The notes under the pieces are model-generated. The model worked only from the letters and a program-made list of their open reading frames with translations. It searched no databases and was not told where the DNA came from. Shown in pieces: positions 8,332 to 18,885 of a DNA stretch of 39,093 bases. Position 1 is the first letter of the stretch. The number at the start of each line of letters is the position of its first letter. Source of the stretch: Escherichia phage PE3-1; sequence record KJ748011. One strand, written 5' to 3'. The translations under genes and the position numbers were made by a program.

Positions 8332-8764
8332 CCGTACACCAACTGTTGTCAAAGAACTTTTGGCACTTAACGTTGACGTAAGAGACGAAGCTAGCTGCGG
8401 TAATGGGGTGAGCTGCAAGGGACTATCATGTGACCGATGCCCAATGGTCGGTAAGAGGACAGGTACTGGCGAGTACAAGACCCTTCGTGACTTACGGGCC
8501 TCTGTGGGAACGTGCAGTGAAGACGATGGCGTTCGCAAGCCATCTCACTATCAGGTCTTTGACGGCGTGGAATCCATTGAGATTATCGCACGGTCAATGA
8601 CTGTGAGTGAGTTCCGTGGGTTCTGCATGGGTAACGTCCTGAAGTATCGACTCCGGGCTGGTAAGAAGTCAGAGCTGGCAACTATGGAGAAGGACCTGAA
8701 CAAAGCGGCCTTCTATCAGGAGCTGTTCGACCTGCATAAAGGTAAGTGCTATGTTGCCGAGTGA
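8324..8764 (+). CDS. DUF3310-like protein with Cys-rich N-terminus
   Basis: 146 aa; C-terminal PSHY..G.E.IEII......F..GNVLKY..R.G.K matches my recollection of the DUF3310 signature; N-terminal CGNGVSCKGLSCDRCP; GGAGG RBS. Confidence 0.65.
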   Translation: MLNRTPTVVKELLALNVDVRDEASCGNGVSCKGLSCDRCPMVGKRTGTGEYKTLRDLRASVGTCSEDDGVRKPSHYQVFDGVESIEIIARSMTVSEFRGFCMGNVLKYRLRAGKKSELATMEKDLNKAAFYQELFDLHKGKCYVAE

Positions 8765-8777
8765 GTGGTGCCGGGAG

Positions 8778-8846
8778 ATGTATGAGAAGACTCTCAACCC
8801 GGACTACATTACACTATACAACCAATGGAAGGAGCGTGGTTTATGA
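8778..8846 (+). CDS. Very small ORF (22 aa) coupled to gene 2 by ATGA overlap
   Basis: Fills the gap between 8764 and gene 2; may correspond to a 1.8-like gene; too short to validate. Confidence 0.25.
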   Translation: MYEKTLNPDYITLYNQWKERGL

Positions 8847-9001
8847 CTGAGGTTGAGAAGAAATACATCGTGGAGCTTGAGGGTCGAGTTCAGTCCTTCG
8901 AGGTTCCGGTGTACGCAAAGTCTCTTGAAGAGGCTACCCTGAAGTCCCAAGAGTATGAGGACGCTGGGTTTGTGGTAGGACGGATTCGTCCTGAGACTTA
9001 A
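8843..9001 (+). CDS. 2: gp2-like inhibitor of host RNA polymerase
   Basis: 52 aa; [25 protein letters not shown] parallels T7 gp2; GGAG RBS 8 nt upstream. Confidence 0.8.
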   Translation: MTEVEKKYIVELEGRVQSFEVPVYAKSLEEATLKSQEYEDAGFVVGRIRPET

Positions 9002-9019
9002 ACTATCACTGTAGGACAG
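8997..9019 (+). promoter_or_regulatory. Phage RNAP promoter variant CTTAAACTATCACTGTAGGAC (phi2.5 position)
   Basis: One substitution at -3 relative to consensus; directly upstream of SSB. Confidence 0.65.
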
Positions 9020-9058
9020 ACGTCCAGTTCGTAACTTTAAATTAGGAGATTTACACCA

Positions 9059-9754
9059 ATGGCTAAAGAGCAACTGAAGACTTTCACCACTCCGGTAGCT
9101 GGTATCGTTGAGCCTTACGCATGGCTGAACAAAGCAGACACCAAGTTCAACGAGCGTGGTGAACATAAAGTCAACCTGACATTCGACCTGAGCAACCCGA
9201 AGGTCCGTAAGATGATTGATGTCTTACAGAAGATTCACGACGATGCATATGCGAAAGCACTCGCAGACCACGAGAAGAACCCGCCTCAGGTTCAGCGTGG
9301 CAAGAAGCCTATTGAACCACGAGAAGGCGACATGCCGTGGATTGAGAATGGTGACGGTACTGTTACCCTGAAGTTTAAATGCTTCGCGTCTTACCTGAAA
9401 GACGGCAAGTCCGAGCCTATCGTATTACGGTTCTACGACACCGATGCTAAACTCATCCGTGACGTCCCGAATATTGGCTCAGGGTCTAAGCTGAAGGTCA
9501 AGTTTAAAGTCCTGCCGTTCAAGTGGAACGCTGCGACTGGTGCAAGCATTAAGCTCCAGCTTGAGTCCTGCCTTATGGTAGAACTGAAGGAGTGGAAAGG
9601 TGATGGTGCTGGTGGCGATGGTGGCTGGGGTGATGATGAAGACCTCGGTACTGGCTACAAAGCGCCAACCGATGGTGACTTCGGGTCTGATGACTTCGGC
9701 GACGATGGTTCCGAAGGTGGTGATGAAGATACTGCAGGAGACTACGACTTCTAA
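9059..9754 (+). CDS. 2.5: Single-stranded DNA-binding protein (gp2.5)
   Basis: 231 aa; AEPYA, RGKKP..P.EGDMP, NGDGT.T.KFKC.AS, GSKLKVK..PFKWN, acidic C-terminal tail ending in F, as in T7 gp2.5. Confidence 0.95.
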   Translation: MAKEQLKTFTTPVAGIVEPYAWLNKADTKFNERGEHKVNLTFDLSNPKVRKMIDVLQKIHDDAYAKALADHEKNPPQVQRGKKPIEPREGDMPWIENGDGTVTLKFKCFASYLKDGKSEPIVLRFYDTDAKLIRDVPNIGSGSKLKVKFKVLPFKWNAATGASIKLQLESCLMVELKEWKGDGAGGDGGWGDDEDLGTGYKAPTDGDFGSDDFGDDGSEGGDEDTAGDYDF

Positions 9755-10204
9755 ATGACGCTGAAAGAGAAACTGGAGGCTTACTCTAAGGTTTCTCCTT
9801 CGGGATGCTGGGAGTGGCAACGCTCCCGGACTAAAACTGGTTATGGTCAAATAGCTATAGGTCATCAGAAACAGGACTATTCTCACCGAGTTTCGTACAG
9901 GGAGTACAAAGGTCATATACCTGATGGATTGGTTGTTAGACATAAATGTGATAACCCTTGCTGCTGTAACCCTGAGCACCTTGAAGTTGGGACTCAGAAG
10001 GACAACATGCAGGACTGCGTGAAGCGGGGACGTCACTCGAAACCGCCAGTATTCGAAGGAGAAGCTAATCACAAGACTAAGCTGACCGAGGAAGACGTAG
10101 CGTTTATCCTGAAGTCCAAGCTGAGGCCTATAGAACTTGCTAAGATGTTTGGCGTTACTCCGCAAGCTATTAATTGGAGACGCAAGAATGGCAAGAACGA
10201 TTAG
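9755..10204 (+). CDS. HNH homing endonuclease
   Basis: 149 aa; GCWEW..GYG..HR.....G.IP.GLVVRHKCDNPCCCNPEHL..GTQKDN is a classic phage HNH signature; starts 1 nt after the SSB stop. Confidence 0.85.
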   Translation: MTLKEKLEAYSKVSPSGCWEWQRSRTKTGYGQIAIGHQKQDYSHRVSYREYKGHIPDGLVVRHKCDNPCCCNPEHLEVGTQKDNMQDCVKRGRHSKPPVFEGEANHKTKLTEEDVAFILKSKLRPIELAKMFGVTPQAINWRRKNGKND

Positions 10205-10637
10205 CCGAGGGCATCAAGTAGGAATATATAGGTCTGGACTAGAAGCAAAGAACCAAGAGTGGCTGGAGAAGAACGGAGTTAAGGCTGAGTACGAGATGTA
10301 TAGCATCAAGTACACAATACCAGAATCTCTTCACAGTTATTGTCCAGACTTTGTACTGCCCAACGGAATAATTGTGGAGACCAAAGGAATCTTCGCAGTG
10401 GAAGACCGCAAGAAGCACCTATTGATTAGAGAACAGCACCCAGAGTTAGACATTCGGTTCGTGTTCTCAAGTTCCCGCTCCAAGTTATACAAAGGGTCTC
10501 CGACCACGTATGGCGCATGGTGCGAAAAGAACGGCTTTAAGTTTGCCGACAAGTTTATCCCGGTTGAGTGGCTGAGAGAGGCGACTGTACGTCTGCCTTC
10601 TGGTATACTCATCCCCAAGAAGAAAGGAGTTAAGTGA
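10188..10637 (+). CDS. 3: Endonuclease I (Holliday junction resolvase, gp3)
   Basis: RSGLE, PDFVLPNGIIVETKG, RKKHLLIREQHPELDIRFVFSSSRSKLYKGSPTTYG..CEKNGFKFADK match T7 gp3; start moved to ATG 10188 (GGAG RBS), track ORF 10137 in same frame. Confidence 0.92.
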   Translation: MARTISRGHQVGIYRSGLEAKNQEWLEKNGVKAEYEMYSIKYTIPESLHSYCPDFVLPNGIIVETKGIFAVEDRKKHLLIREQHPELDIRFVFSSSRSKLYKGSPTTYGAWCEKNGFKFADKFIPVEWLREATVRLPSGILIPKKKGVK

Positions 10638-11107
10638 TGACTCAGAAATATAGACTTAAGACTGGATTCAACGGGTGGCCAGCAGGCACTATCGTTACGA
10701 AATGTTCGAAAGACCCTGTACCATCACCTGTAATGACTCTGGTGGAATCCTCCGAGAGGGGAATCTACAAACACGGAGCGGAAGGTTATAACACTCAGCC
10801 TGACGGTATGTGGGGAGCGTGGGTTATAAATAATCAGCTTGAGGAAATCTTAGAGGATAAACCGCAAGTCCTGCCAGCCTCAAGTGTCCCTCCTGTCACA
10901 GTTAAACGTGAAGTCCTGACCATCAACAAGATCGGTGTAGGTCAGACGTTCATCGTCCACGGTAAGCCTGACGAAGTGTACGTGAAGATTAGCAACTCTC
11001 ACGTCTTCAACCATAAGTTGCTCCAGATGCACACGACTGACGCACAGCGCTTCCAACGTCATCTGAACCTCGTAGCTGTAGAGCTGGTGGTGTACGATGG
11101 TGAGTAA
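10634..11107 (+). CDS. Hypothetical protein (157 aa) inserted between endonuclease I and lysozyme
   Basis: Clean ORF with AAAGGAG RBS and ATGA coupling to gene 3; no T7 counterpart at this position. Confidence 0.65.
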   Translation: MMTQKYRLKTGFNGWPAGTIVTKCSKDPVPSPVMTLVESSERGIYKHGAEGYNTQPDGMWGAWVINNQLEEILEDKPQVLPASSVPPVTVKREVLTINKIGVGQTFIVHGKPDEVYVKISNSHVFNHKLLQMHTTDAQRFQRHLNLVAVELVVYDGE

Positions 11108-11555
11108 GGTTCAGTTCAACCCACGGTCACGGACTGACGCTATCTTCGTTCACTGTTCGGCTACCAAGCCAGATATGGACATCGGGGTAGAGACAATCCG
11201 TATGTGGCACAAGCAGCAAGGCTGGCTGGACGTAGGCTACCACTTCGTCATCAAGCGTGATGGCACTGTGGAAGAAGGCCGCCCGGTCAATGTCGTAGGG
11301 TCACACGTTAAGGACTGGAACTCCCGGTCCGTAGGCGTCTGCCTTGTAGGTGGGATCAACGCTAATGGCAAGTTTGAAGCTAACTTCACTCCAGCCCAGA
11401 TGGACTCCCTGCGCATCAAGCTGGATGACCTGAAGGTCCTGTATCCTCAGGCAGAAATCAAAGCACACCATGACGTAGCACCTAAGGCCTGTCCAAGTTT
11501 TGACTTGCAACGCTGGTTGACTACCAACGAACTGGTCACTTCCGACCGTGGTTAA
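11097..11555 (+). CDS. 3.5: Lysozyme / N-acetylmuramoyl-L-alanine amidase (gp3.5)
   Basis: 152 aa; VQF..R..TDAIFVHCSATKP, WLDVGYHF.IKRDGTVE.GR, HH.VAPKACPSFDL.RW...NELVTSDRG match T7 lysozyme. Confidence 0.96.
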   Translation: MVSKVQFNPRSRTDAIFVHCSATKPDMDIGVETIRMWHKQQGWLDVGYHFVIKRDGTVEEGRPVNVVGSHVKDWNSRSVGVCLVGGINANGKFEANFTPAQMDSLRIKLDDLKVLYPQAEIKAHHDVAPKACPSFDLQRWLTTNELVTSDRG

Positions 11556-11579
11556 TAAACTCTAAAGGAGAACAACTTA

Positions 11580-11795
11580 ATGATTAAACTTATTGAATTT
11601 CTAGGTCGTCTGGTGGTGCGTGGTTATCGTCGTGCTGCGGTTCTGGAACGAAAGGTAGAAAAGAAGACTGCTGATGATGCGGCTGATGCTGCTGCTCTGG
11701 CTGACAAGCTGACCATCGCATCACTGGAAGCTGGCATGAAGGCTCGTCAGGCTGATACCAAAGCTAACCAGTTGGCTCAGTTCTTCAAAGACTAA
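11580..11795 (+). CDS. Hypothetical protein (71 aa), Ala/Lys-rich, predicted helical
   Basis: ORF with AAAGGAG RBS immediately after lysozyme. Confidence 0.55.
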   Translation: MIKLIEFLGRLVVRGYRRAAVLERKVEKKTADDAADAAALADKLTIASLEAGMKARQADTKANQLAQFFKD

Positions 11796-11813
11796 ACTAT
11801 CACCTTAGGGATG
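11792..11813 (+). promoter_or_regulatory. Phage RNAP promoter variant CTAAACTATCACCTTAGGGAT (phi3.8 position)
   Basis: Two substitutions in the -5 to -3 region; probably weak. Confidence 0.5.
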
Positions 11814-11863
11814 GGACCATGAGTCCTGTCCCTTTGTTCGCATTTATGATTAAGGAGTGACCA

Positions 11864-13692
<1,829 letters not shown>

Positions 13693-13734
13693 GCGTGATA
13701 TAGCTGATTATAAGAATTTTATGGAGGACCGTTA

Positions 13735-13899
13735 GTGTTAAAGAAACTTAAAGCTCGCTACCATCGGTTCATGTACAAATGGTGGAGTGATGAAGCAACA
13801 TGCCTGTCCAACATTCTGGGAGACCAAAGGTTCGACTCTAAGGCATGGAAGAAAGCTAACCGGAAGTTTATGTATCACTTCTTGCGTACAGACTTCTAG
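13735..13899 (+). CDS. Small hypothetical protein (54 aa, GTG start; alternative ATG 13771)
   Basis: GGAGG RBS 8 nt upstream of GTG; fills the gap between gene 4 and the RNase III site. Confidence 0.35.
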   Translation: MLKKLKARYHRFMYKWWSDEATCLSNILGDQRFDSKAWKKANRKFMYHFLRTDF

Positions 13900-13902
13900 G
13901 TC

Positions 13903-13942
13903 TAGACTCAAGGTCATTCACATCGAGTGGCCTTTATGATTA
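13903..13942 (+). promoter_or_regulatory. RNase III processing hairpin (R4.7-like, upstream of gene 5)
   Basis: TAGACTCAAGGTCAT..(9 nt)..GTGGCCTTTATGATTA; same conserved arms as the sites at 5971 and 36190. Confidence 0.7.
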
Positions 13943-13962
13943 GACTAAACGGAGGATTAACC

Positions 13963-16134
13963 ATGTTTGACCTTAAGAGTATCTGGGGTTCTGACATCGA
14001 GACAAACGGTCTCCTTGATACAGTCTCCCAGTTCCACTGCGGGGTCCTGATTAACGCCGAGTCGAATGAGACCCTTAAGTATGGGGTAGCTCCGATGGTC
14101 GGTATCGTCGGTGGCTTCAAAGAGTATGTGCATAAAGTGGAAGAGATTGCCGCATCACCTGATGGTATGCTGGCATTTCACAATGGTATCACCTATGACG
14201 TCCCTGCTATTGACAAGCTGAAACGTCTGTACTTTGGGAAACGCTTTAACTTCCCGAAACACAAGATGATTGATACCTTGGTGCTGGGACGCTTGATGTA
14301 TCCAAACATTAAGTTCTCAGACATGGGAGCGGTGAAAGCTGGTCGTCTGCCACCTCAGATGATGGGACGACAGTCTCTTGAGGCTTGGGGTTATCGTCTC
14401 GGTGAGATGAAAGGTGAGTACAAACACGATTACGTTGCCAAGTGCAAGGCTGAAGGTATCGAATATAAGGCTGGGGACGAATGGTTGTTCCCGTCTCAGA
14501 AGATGCTGGACTATAACGTTCAAGACGTTGTGGTCACACTGGCGTTGTTCAAGAAGTTCCTGACTGACAAGTATTACTTCCAGTCTGAACAGTTCGCTTT
14601 CGACCAGATTTATGCGTTGCGTCTGGAACATGATGCTGCGTGGACCTGTGCGAAGATGGAACGTAACGGCTATCCAATGAACACCGAGATGGTCGAAGGC
14701 TTATATCGTGAACTCACCGTCAAACGTGCAGAGCTGCTTGACAAGCTGCGTTCGACTTTCGGTAGCTGGTACGCACCAAAGGGAGGCAAGGAGTTCTTCC
14801 GGCACCCACGGACAGGCAAGGACCTTCCGAAGTATCCACGAGTCGTGTATCCTAAGGTCGGGTCAGTATTCAAGAAGCCGAAGAACAAAGCTCAACGCTT
14901 AGGTCTGGAGCCTTGCGAGTTCGACTCACGAGACACGATGGAGGGAGCACCGTTCACACCTATCACTTACGTTGAGTTTAATCCGGGAAGCGGAGACCAC
15001 TTAGCGAAAGTTCTGATGGAGCGTGGTTGGGAGCCTGTGGACTTCACTGACACCGGTAAACCTGTAGTCGATGACGAGACGTTAGAACACGTTAAGTTGC
15101 CAGACTTAGAGGCTCAGGCTTGCGTAGAGCTGGTCCGTGAGTATCTGGTAGTCCAGAAGCGCATCGGTCAGGCTGCTGAAGGTAAGAACGCATGGTTGAA
15201 ACTTGTAGGTCCAGACGGACGTATGCACGGTTCAATCAACCCATGCGGGGCAGTAACAGGACGTGCGACTCATAGTTCACCAAACATGGCTCAGGTCCCT
15301 GCTAACGGTGCTCCATATGGTGAGATTTGCCGTGGTGCTTTCGGTGCAGCTTGGAACAAAACGGATGGTAAGCCAGACCCTTGGATTCAAGTTGGTGTGG
15401 ATGCTTCAGGTCTTGAGCTTCGTTGTCTGGGGAACCGAGCAGCTCCATTTGATGGTGGTGACTATGCGAAGACTGTGGTCGAAGGTGACATCCACTGGGC
15501 CAATGCAGTCAACGCTGGGTTAGCACCTAACGTCCCACGCGATAAGTCGAACCACGACCATGATGCTTTCCGTAACAACGCTAAGACGTTCATCTATGCG
15601 TTCCTGTATGGTGCAGGGGCAGCTAAGATTGGACTGATAGTAGGAGGAGGTAAGAAGGAAGGTTCAGCTCTCATGAAGAAATTCATTGAGGGTACACCAG
15701 CCATCAAAGACCTCAGGGAAGCTGTTAGTAATACGTTAATCTCAGACTCTAAGTGGGTGGACGGTGAGAATATCGTCAAGTGGAAACGCCGTTGGTTGCG
15801 TGGACTTGATGGTCGCCGTATCCACATCCGGTCTCCACACTCAGCACTGAACGCATTACTCCAAGGAGATGGTGCGGTAGTCTGTAAGCACTGGATTGTA
15901 GAGACTGAACGTATGCTCGAAGAGGCAGGGTATGTTCACGGCTGGGAAGGTGACTTTGCGTACATGGCTTGGGTGCATGACGAATTGCAGATTGCGTGTC
16001 GTACTCAGGAGATTGCCGAAGAAGTCGTCAAGATTGCTCAACTTGCTATGCGTAAGGTGGGTGAGTTTTATAACTTTAAATGTGTCCTTGATACCGAAGG
16101 TAAGATTGGACCAACGTGGAAGGAGTGTCACTAA
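13963..16134 (+). CDS. 5: DNA polymerase (gp5, family A with 3'-5' exonuclease)
   Basis: Collinear with T7 gp5 (DIETNG, YNVQDVVVT, NPGS.DH, RAKTFIYAFLYGAG, HDELQ); start moved to ATG 13963 (GGAGG RBS), track ORF 13927 in same frame. Confidence 0.97.
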   Translation: MFDLKSIWGSDIETNGLLDTVSQFHCGVLINAESNETLKYGVAPMVGIVGGFKEYVHKVEEIAASPDGMLAFHNGITYDVPAIDKLKRLYFGKRFNFPKHKMIDTLVLGRLMYPNIKFSDMGAVKAGRLPPQMMGRQSLEAWGYRLGEMKGEYKHDYVAKCKAEGIEYKAGDEWLFPSQKMLDYNVQDVVVTLALFKKFLTDKYYFQSEQFAFDQIYALRLEHDAAWTCAKMERNGYPMNTEMVEGLYRELTVKRAELLDKLRSTFGSWYAPKGGKEFFRHPRTGKDLPKYPRVVYPKVGSVFKKPKNKAQRLGLEPCEFDSRDTMEGAPFTPITYVEFNPGSGDHLAKVLMERGWEPVDFTDTGKPVVDDETLEHVKLPDLEAQACVELVREYLVVQKRIGQAAEGKNAWLKLVGPDGRMHGSINPCGAVTGRATHSSPNMAQVPANGAPYGEICRGAFGAAWNKTDGKPDPWIQVGVDASGLELRCLGNRAAPFDGGDYAKTVVEGDIHWANAVNAGLAPNVPRDKSNHDHDAFRNNAKTFIYAFLYGAGAAKIGLIVGGGKKEGSALMKKFIEGTPAIKDLREAVSNTLISDSKWVDGENIVKWKRRWLRGLDGRRIHIRSPHSALNALLQGDGAVVCKHWIVETERMLEEAGYVHGWEGDFAYMAWVHDELQIACRTQEIAEEVVKIAQLAMRKVGEFYNFKCVLDTEGKIGPTWKECH

Positions 16135-16433
16135 TGGCTATGACCAAACGCGCTATCGTAAGTTTCAACCTTAAGGCTGTACTTCCTACAGACCAAGAGG
16201 AATTCATCATTAAGGGTCTGCGAGAGCTGGCTAAAGACGTTCACTCAGGTGAAATCAATCCTGATGGTAAGCAGCGCCATATGCTTACCCTGTGGCTGAC
16301 GGAAGGTATGGACGCAGTGATTGAGTTTGTTCTGCGTGACAGCTTCCGTTCAACGATTAAAGAGGCTGTACAGGAGTATTCAGACGCAGAGTTCTTCAGT
16401 GTCTCACCAGCTACTGTGAGGTTCAAGCAATGA
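16134..16433 (+). CDS. 5.5: gp5.5-like protein (T7 gp5.5 binds host H-NS)
   Basis: MAMTKR..VSF, PDGKQ, SFR..IK, SPATVRF match T7 gp5.5; TAATG overlap with gene 5 stop. Confidence 0.85.
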   Translation: MAMTKRAIVSFNLKAVLPTDQEEFIIKGLRELAKDVHSGEINPDGKQRHMLTLWLTEGMDAVIEFVLRDSFRSTIKEAVQEYSDAEFFSVSPATVRFKQ

Positions 16434-16639
16434 GTGAATACTTACGGGTCCTAGCGGCCCTTAAGTCCTGCCCGAAGACCTTCCAGTCCAACTATGTGCG
16501 CAACAACGCTGCACTTGTGGCTGAGGCTGCGAGTCGTGGACATCTGAGCTGCCTGTCTACGGATGGGCGTAACAATGGTGCGTGGGAGATTACCGCTGAA
16601 GGCGTTAAGTTCCTGAACCAACACGGAGGCTGTCTGTGA
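16430..16639 (+). CDS. 5.7: gp5.7-like protein
   Basis: 69 aa; LKSCPKTFQSNYVRNNAALVAEAASRGHLSCL..GRNNGAWEITA almost identical in pattern to T7 gp5.7. Confidence 0.9.
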   Translation: MSEYLRVLAALKSCPKTFQSNYVRNNAALVAEAASRGHLSCLSTDGRNNGAWEITAEGVKFLNQHGGCL

Positions 16640-17502
16640 GTGAAAAGAAAATAGCTCTTGTGTTAGATGGTGACTATCTGGTCTTCTCTTCTATGGCTGC
16701 TGCCGAGGACGAGACAGACTGGGGTGATGACATCTGGACCCTTATCTGCGACCATGAGAAGGCTCGTCGTATCCTTGAGAACACCATCGCTGAAATCGTT
16801 AAGAAGCGTAAGGCGTGGAAAGACGCTAAGATTGTGATGTGCTTTACTGATGATAACAACTGGCGTAAGGATGTTCTACCTACCTATAAGGCCAACCGTA
16901 AAGGTTCTCGCAAGCCTGTAGGTTACAAGAAGTTCGTAGCCGAAGTGATGGCTGACCCACGGTTCAACAGCTTCCTGCGTCCTACGCTTGAGGGTGATGA
17001 CTGTATGGGCATCATCGGTACCCGACCTCAGATTGTTGGGTGCGATCATGCGGTGCTGGTGTCCTGTGATAAGGACTTCAAGACCATCCCGAACTGTGAG
17101 TTCTTCTGGTTAACAACTGGTGAAATCCTGAGTCATACGACTGCTGAGGCAGACTACTGGCACATGGAGCAGACCATCAAGGGTGACACTACAGATGGCT
17201 ACGGAGGTATTCCGGGGATGGGTGAGGATACCACTCGTGCGTTCCTTGACGAGCCGTACTACTTCGTGCAGGAGAGCCGTGAGCTTAAGACTGGTAAGAA
17301 CAAAGGCCAGATTAAGACTGAGTGGAAGAAGTATCCGAAGCGTGAAGACATGACGCTGTGGGACTGCATGGTTACACTGGCTGCTAAGGCTGGCATGACC
17401 GAGGAGGAACTTCTGGTCCAAGCTCAGGTCGCTCGTATTTGTCGAGCCTCCGACTACGACCCTAAGTCCAAGGAGGTCATCCTGTGGACACCATCCATGT
17501 AA
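16636..17502 (+). CDS. 6: 5'-3' exonuclease (gp6)
   Basis: 288 aa; LVLDGDYLVF, CDHEKARRILE, PVGY, LEGDDCMGII, SCDKDFKTIPNC, TIKGDTTDGY match T7 gp6; GTG start with GGAGG RBS. Confidence 0.96.
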   Translation: MSEKKIALVLDGDYLVFSSMAAAEDETDWGDDIWTLICDHEKARRILENTIAEIVKKRKAWKDAKIVMCFTDDNNWRKDVLPTYKANRKGSRKPVGYKKFVAEVMADPRFNSFLRPTLEGDDCMGIIGTRPQIVGCDHAVLVSCDKDFKTIPNCEFFWLTTGEILSHTTAEADYWHMEQTIKGDTTDGYGGIPGMGEDTTRAFLDEPYYFVQESRELKTGKNKGQIKTEWKKYPKREDMTLWDCMVTLAAKAGMTEEELLVQAQVARICRASDYDPKSKEVILWTPSM

Positions 17503-17576
17503 TCTACTGGGCCGGACTTCTGGCCCTTTACTGCATGTACAAGTGGTTCGGGTCGAACAACCGTCCTAAACACTGA
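17484..17576 (+). CDS. Small hydrophobic ORF (30 aa, GTG start) overlapping the end of gene 6; possible gp6.3 analogue
   Basis: AGGAGG 7 nt upstream of GTG; hydrophobic core IYWAGLLALYCMYKWF; too short to validate. Confidence 0.3.
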   Translation: MDTIHVIYWAGLLALYCMYKWFGSNNRPKH

Positions 17577-17629
17577 GTCTAACCGATAGTCATATCCTAT
17601 CAATCCAATAGTCATCCATAGGTGAAACA

Positions 17630-17651
17630 CTAAACTATCACTATAGGGACT
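17630..17651 (+). promoter_or_regulatory. Phage RNAP promoter CTAAACTATCACTATAGGGAC (phi6.5 position)
   Basis: Consensus match. Confidence 0.85.
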
Positions 17652-17712
17652 TTAGGACCTAAGATATGACTATAAGATAGACTTTAGTCTTAACTTAAAG
17701 AGGAGATTCAAG

Positions 17713-17985
17713 ATGGCGATTAATGCTATTGAAAACGTTGTTAAGCAGTTACAGGAAGAAAGACTTGATGTCCCGAACATCTCCCAGTCTGCCATCCAGT
17801 TCCTGCACGTATTGTTCAACGCAAGCTACGCTGAGAAGATGGGAGCTATTAGTCTCCTCAAGCAGCAGGGCTACAGCGATGCGTTCATTGCCGGGTTTAT
17901 CAAGGGTCTCCAGTATTGCTCTGACACTCTCGACTCTGCGATTGCTATGCGTCGTGAGCTGAAAGATACCGTTCAGTTCGATTAA
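17713..17985 (+). CDS. 6.5: gp6.5-position hypothetical protein
   Basis: 90 aa ORF with GAGGAG RBS directly downstream of a promoter; assignment by synteny. Confidence 0.7.
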   Translation: MAINAIENVVKQLQEERLDVPNISQSAIQFLHVLFNASYAEKMGAISLLKQQGYSDAFIAGFIKGLQYCSDTLDSAIAMRRELKDTVQFD

Positions 17986-17999
17986 CTGTAGGAGGGACT

Positions 18000-18224
18000 A
18001 TGTGTTTCAGTCCAAAGATTAGCACTCCGAAGCCTTCGGTCCAAGCACCTGAACCAGCACCTCTGAGTGAGGAAGTTGCGTCAGTTGACATCGGGGCTGA
18101 ATCTGATGTTGACACCAACGAGACCAAAGGTATCAAAGACCTGAAGGTCAAGAAGGAGTCTGCACCTAAAGATAAATCGTCAGTGAGTCGCGCTATGCGT
18201 AACTCTGGCGTCAACATGGGGTAA
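18000..18224 (+). CDS. 6.7: gp6.7-like virion protein
   Basis: 74 aa; N-terminal MCFSPKI.TPK and EPAPL as in T7 gp6.7. Confidence 0.85.
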   Translation: MCFSPKISTPKPSVQAPEPAPLSEEVASVDIGAESDVDTNETKGIKDLKVKKESAPKDKSSVSRAMRNSGVNMG

Positions 18225-18228
18225 GACA

Positions 18229-18633
18229 ATGCTACCATATCTCAACTCACGCGAAGGTCGCCATATGTGCGCTTGTCGCCTCTGGGAAGACGGGCAGTCT
18301 AACTTCAAGTCATTCGAGGACTTCAAGGCTCATACTTACCGTATGGCTGACGAGTTCGACGGTGAAGAGTACACAATCTACGATGTCTCAGGTCAACCAG
18401 TAGCGTACCTCTACATGCTGGCTACCGCATCTTGGCACCGACCGACTCCCGGTCTTGACCTTTCAATCGTCGCTATTCGTCGTGACTCGCAGTCCTCCCG
18501 CAAGGTTCTTGAGACTGTCAGGCACATCATAGACGAAGAGTGCAAGCGTTGGGGTCTTGGCTGGTATTCTCGTGTCAAGCATGTTTCTGGGTCGGTAGAC
18601 ATCGTAACAACTAAGGAGATTAATCGTGGGTAA
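18229..18633 (+). CDS. 7: gp7-position protein (134 aa)
   Basis: Size and synteny with T7 gene 7; weak RBS. Confidence 0.7.
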   Translation: MLPYLNSREGRHMCACRLWEDGQSNFKSFEDFKAHTYRMADEFDGEEYTIYDVSGQPVAYLYMLATASWHRPTPGLDLSIVAIRRDSQSSRKVLETVRHIIDEECKRWGLGWYSRVKHVSGSVDIVTTKEINRG

Positions 18634-18874
18634 ATCAATCAGTAAGGCTTTCAAGAAAGTGGTAAAAGGTGCGTTAGGGACCGTTGGTCTTGGAGCTGAT
18701 GATGCACCTAAAGTTGTTGAGGCTCAGACCCCAGCTGCACCAGTAGAAGTGCCGAACGACAAAGTGGAAGATGTGGATACTGAAGTGACTGCATCTGACG
18801 AGAAGAAAGTTAAGCGAACTGGTAAGCGTGGACTTCAGGTCTCTCGTACCTCTGGTGGCGGTATTTCTATTTAA
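18626..18874 (+). CDS. 7.3: gp7.3-like virion/tail protein
   Basis: 82 aa; N-terminal MGKS..KAFKKV and C-terminal SRTSGGGISI parallel T7 gp7.3; GTG start with AAGGAG RBS. Confidence 0.85.
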   Translation: MGKSISKAFKKVVKGALGTVGLGADDAPKVVEAQTPAAPVEVPNDKVEDVDTEVTASDEKKVKRTGKRGLQVSRTSGGGISI

Positions 18875-18885
18875 GGAGGTGACGA

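Noticed and set aside
8083-8538. Minus-strand ORFs throughout the window (e.g. 8083-8538, 9479-10165, 22051-22605, 28982-29431, 36320-36829)
   Set aside because: Each is antisense to a well-supported + strand gene; T7-like genomes are transcribed in one direction; none has a convincing RBS or recognisable product.
13927-13962. Upstream starts for DNA polymerase (13927) and endonuclease I (10137)
   Set aside because: Alignment with T7 homologues and RBS placement support the downstream ATGs (13963 and 10188).
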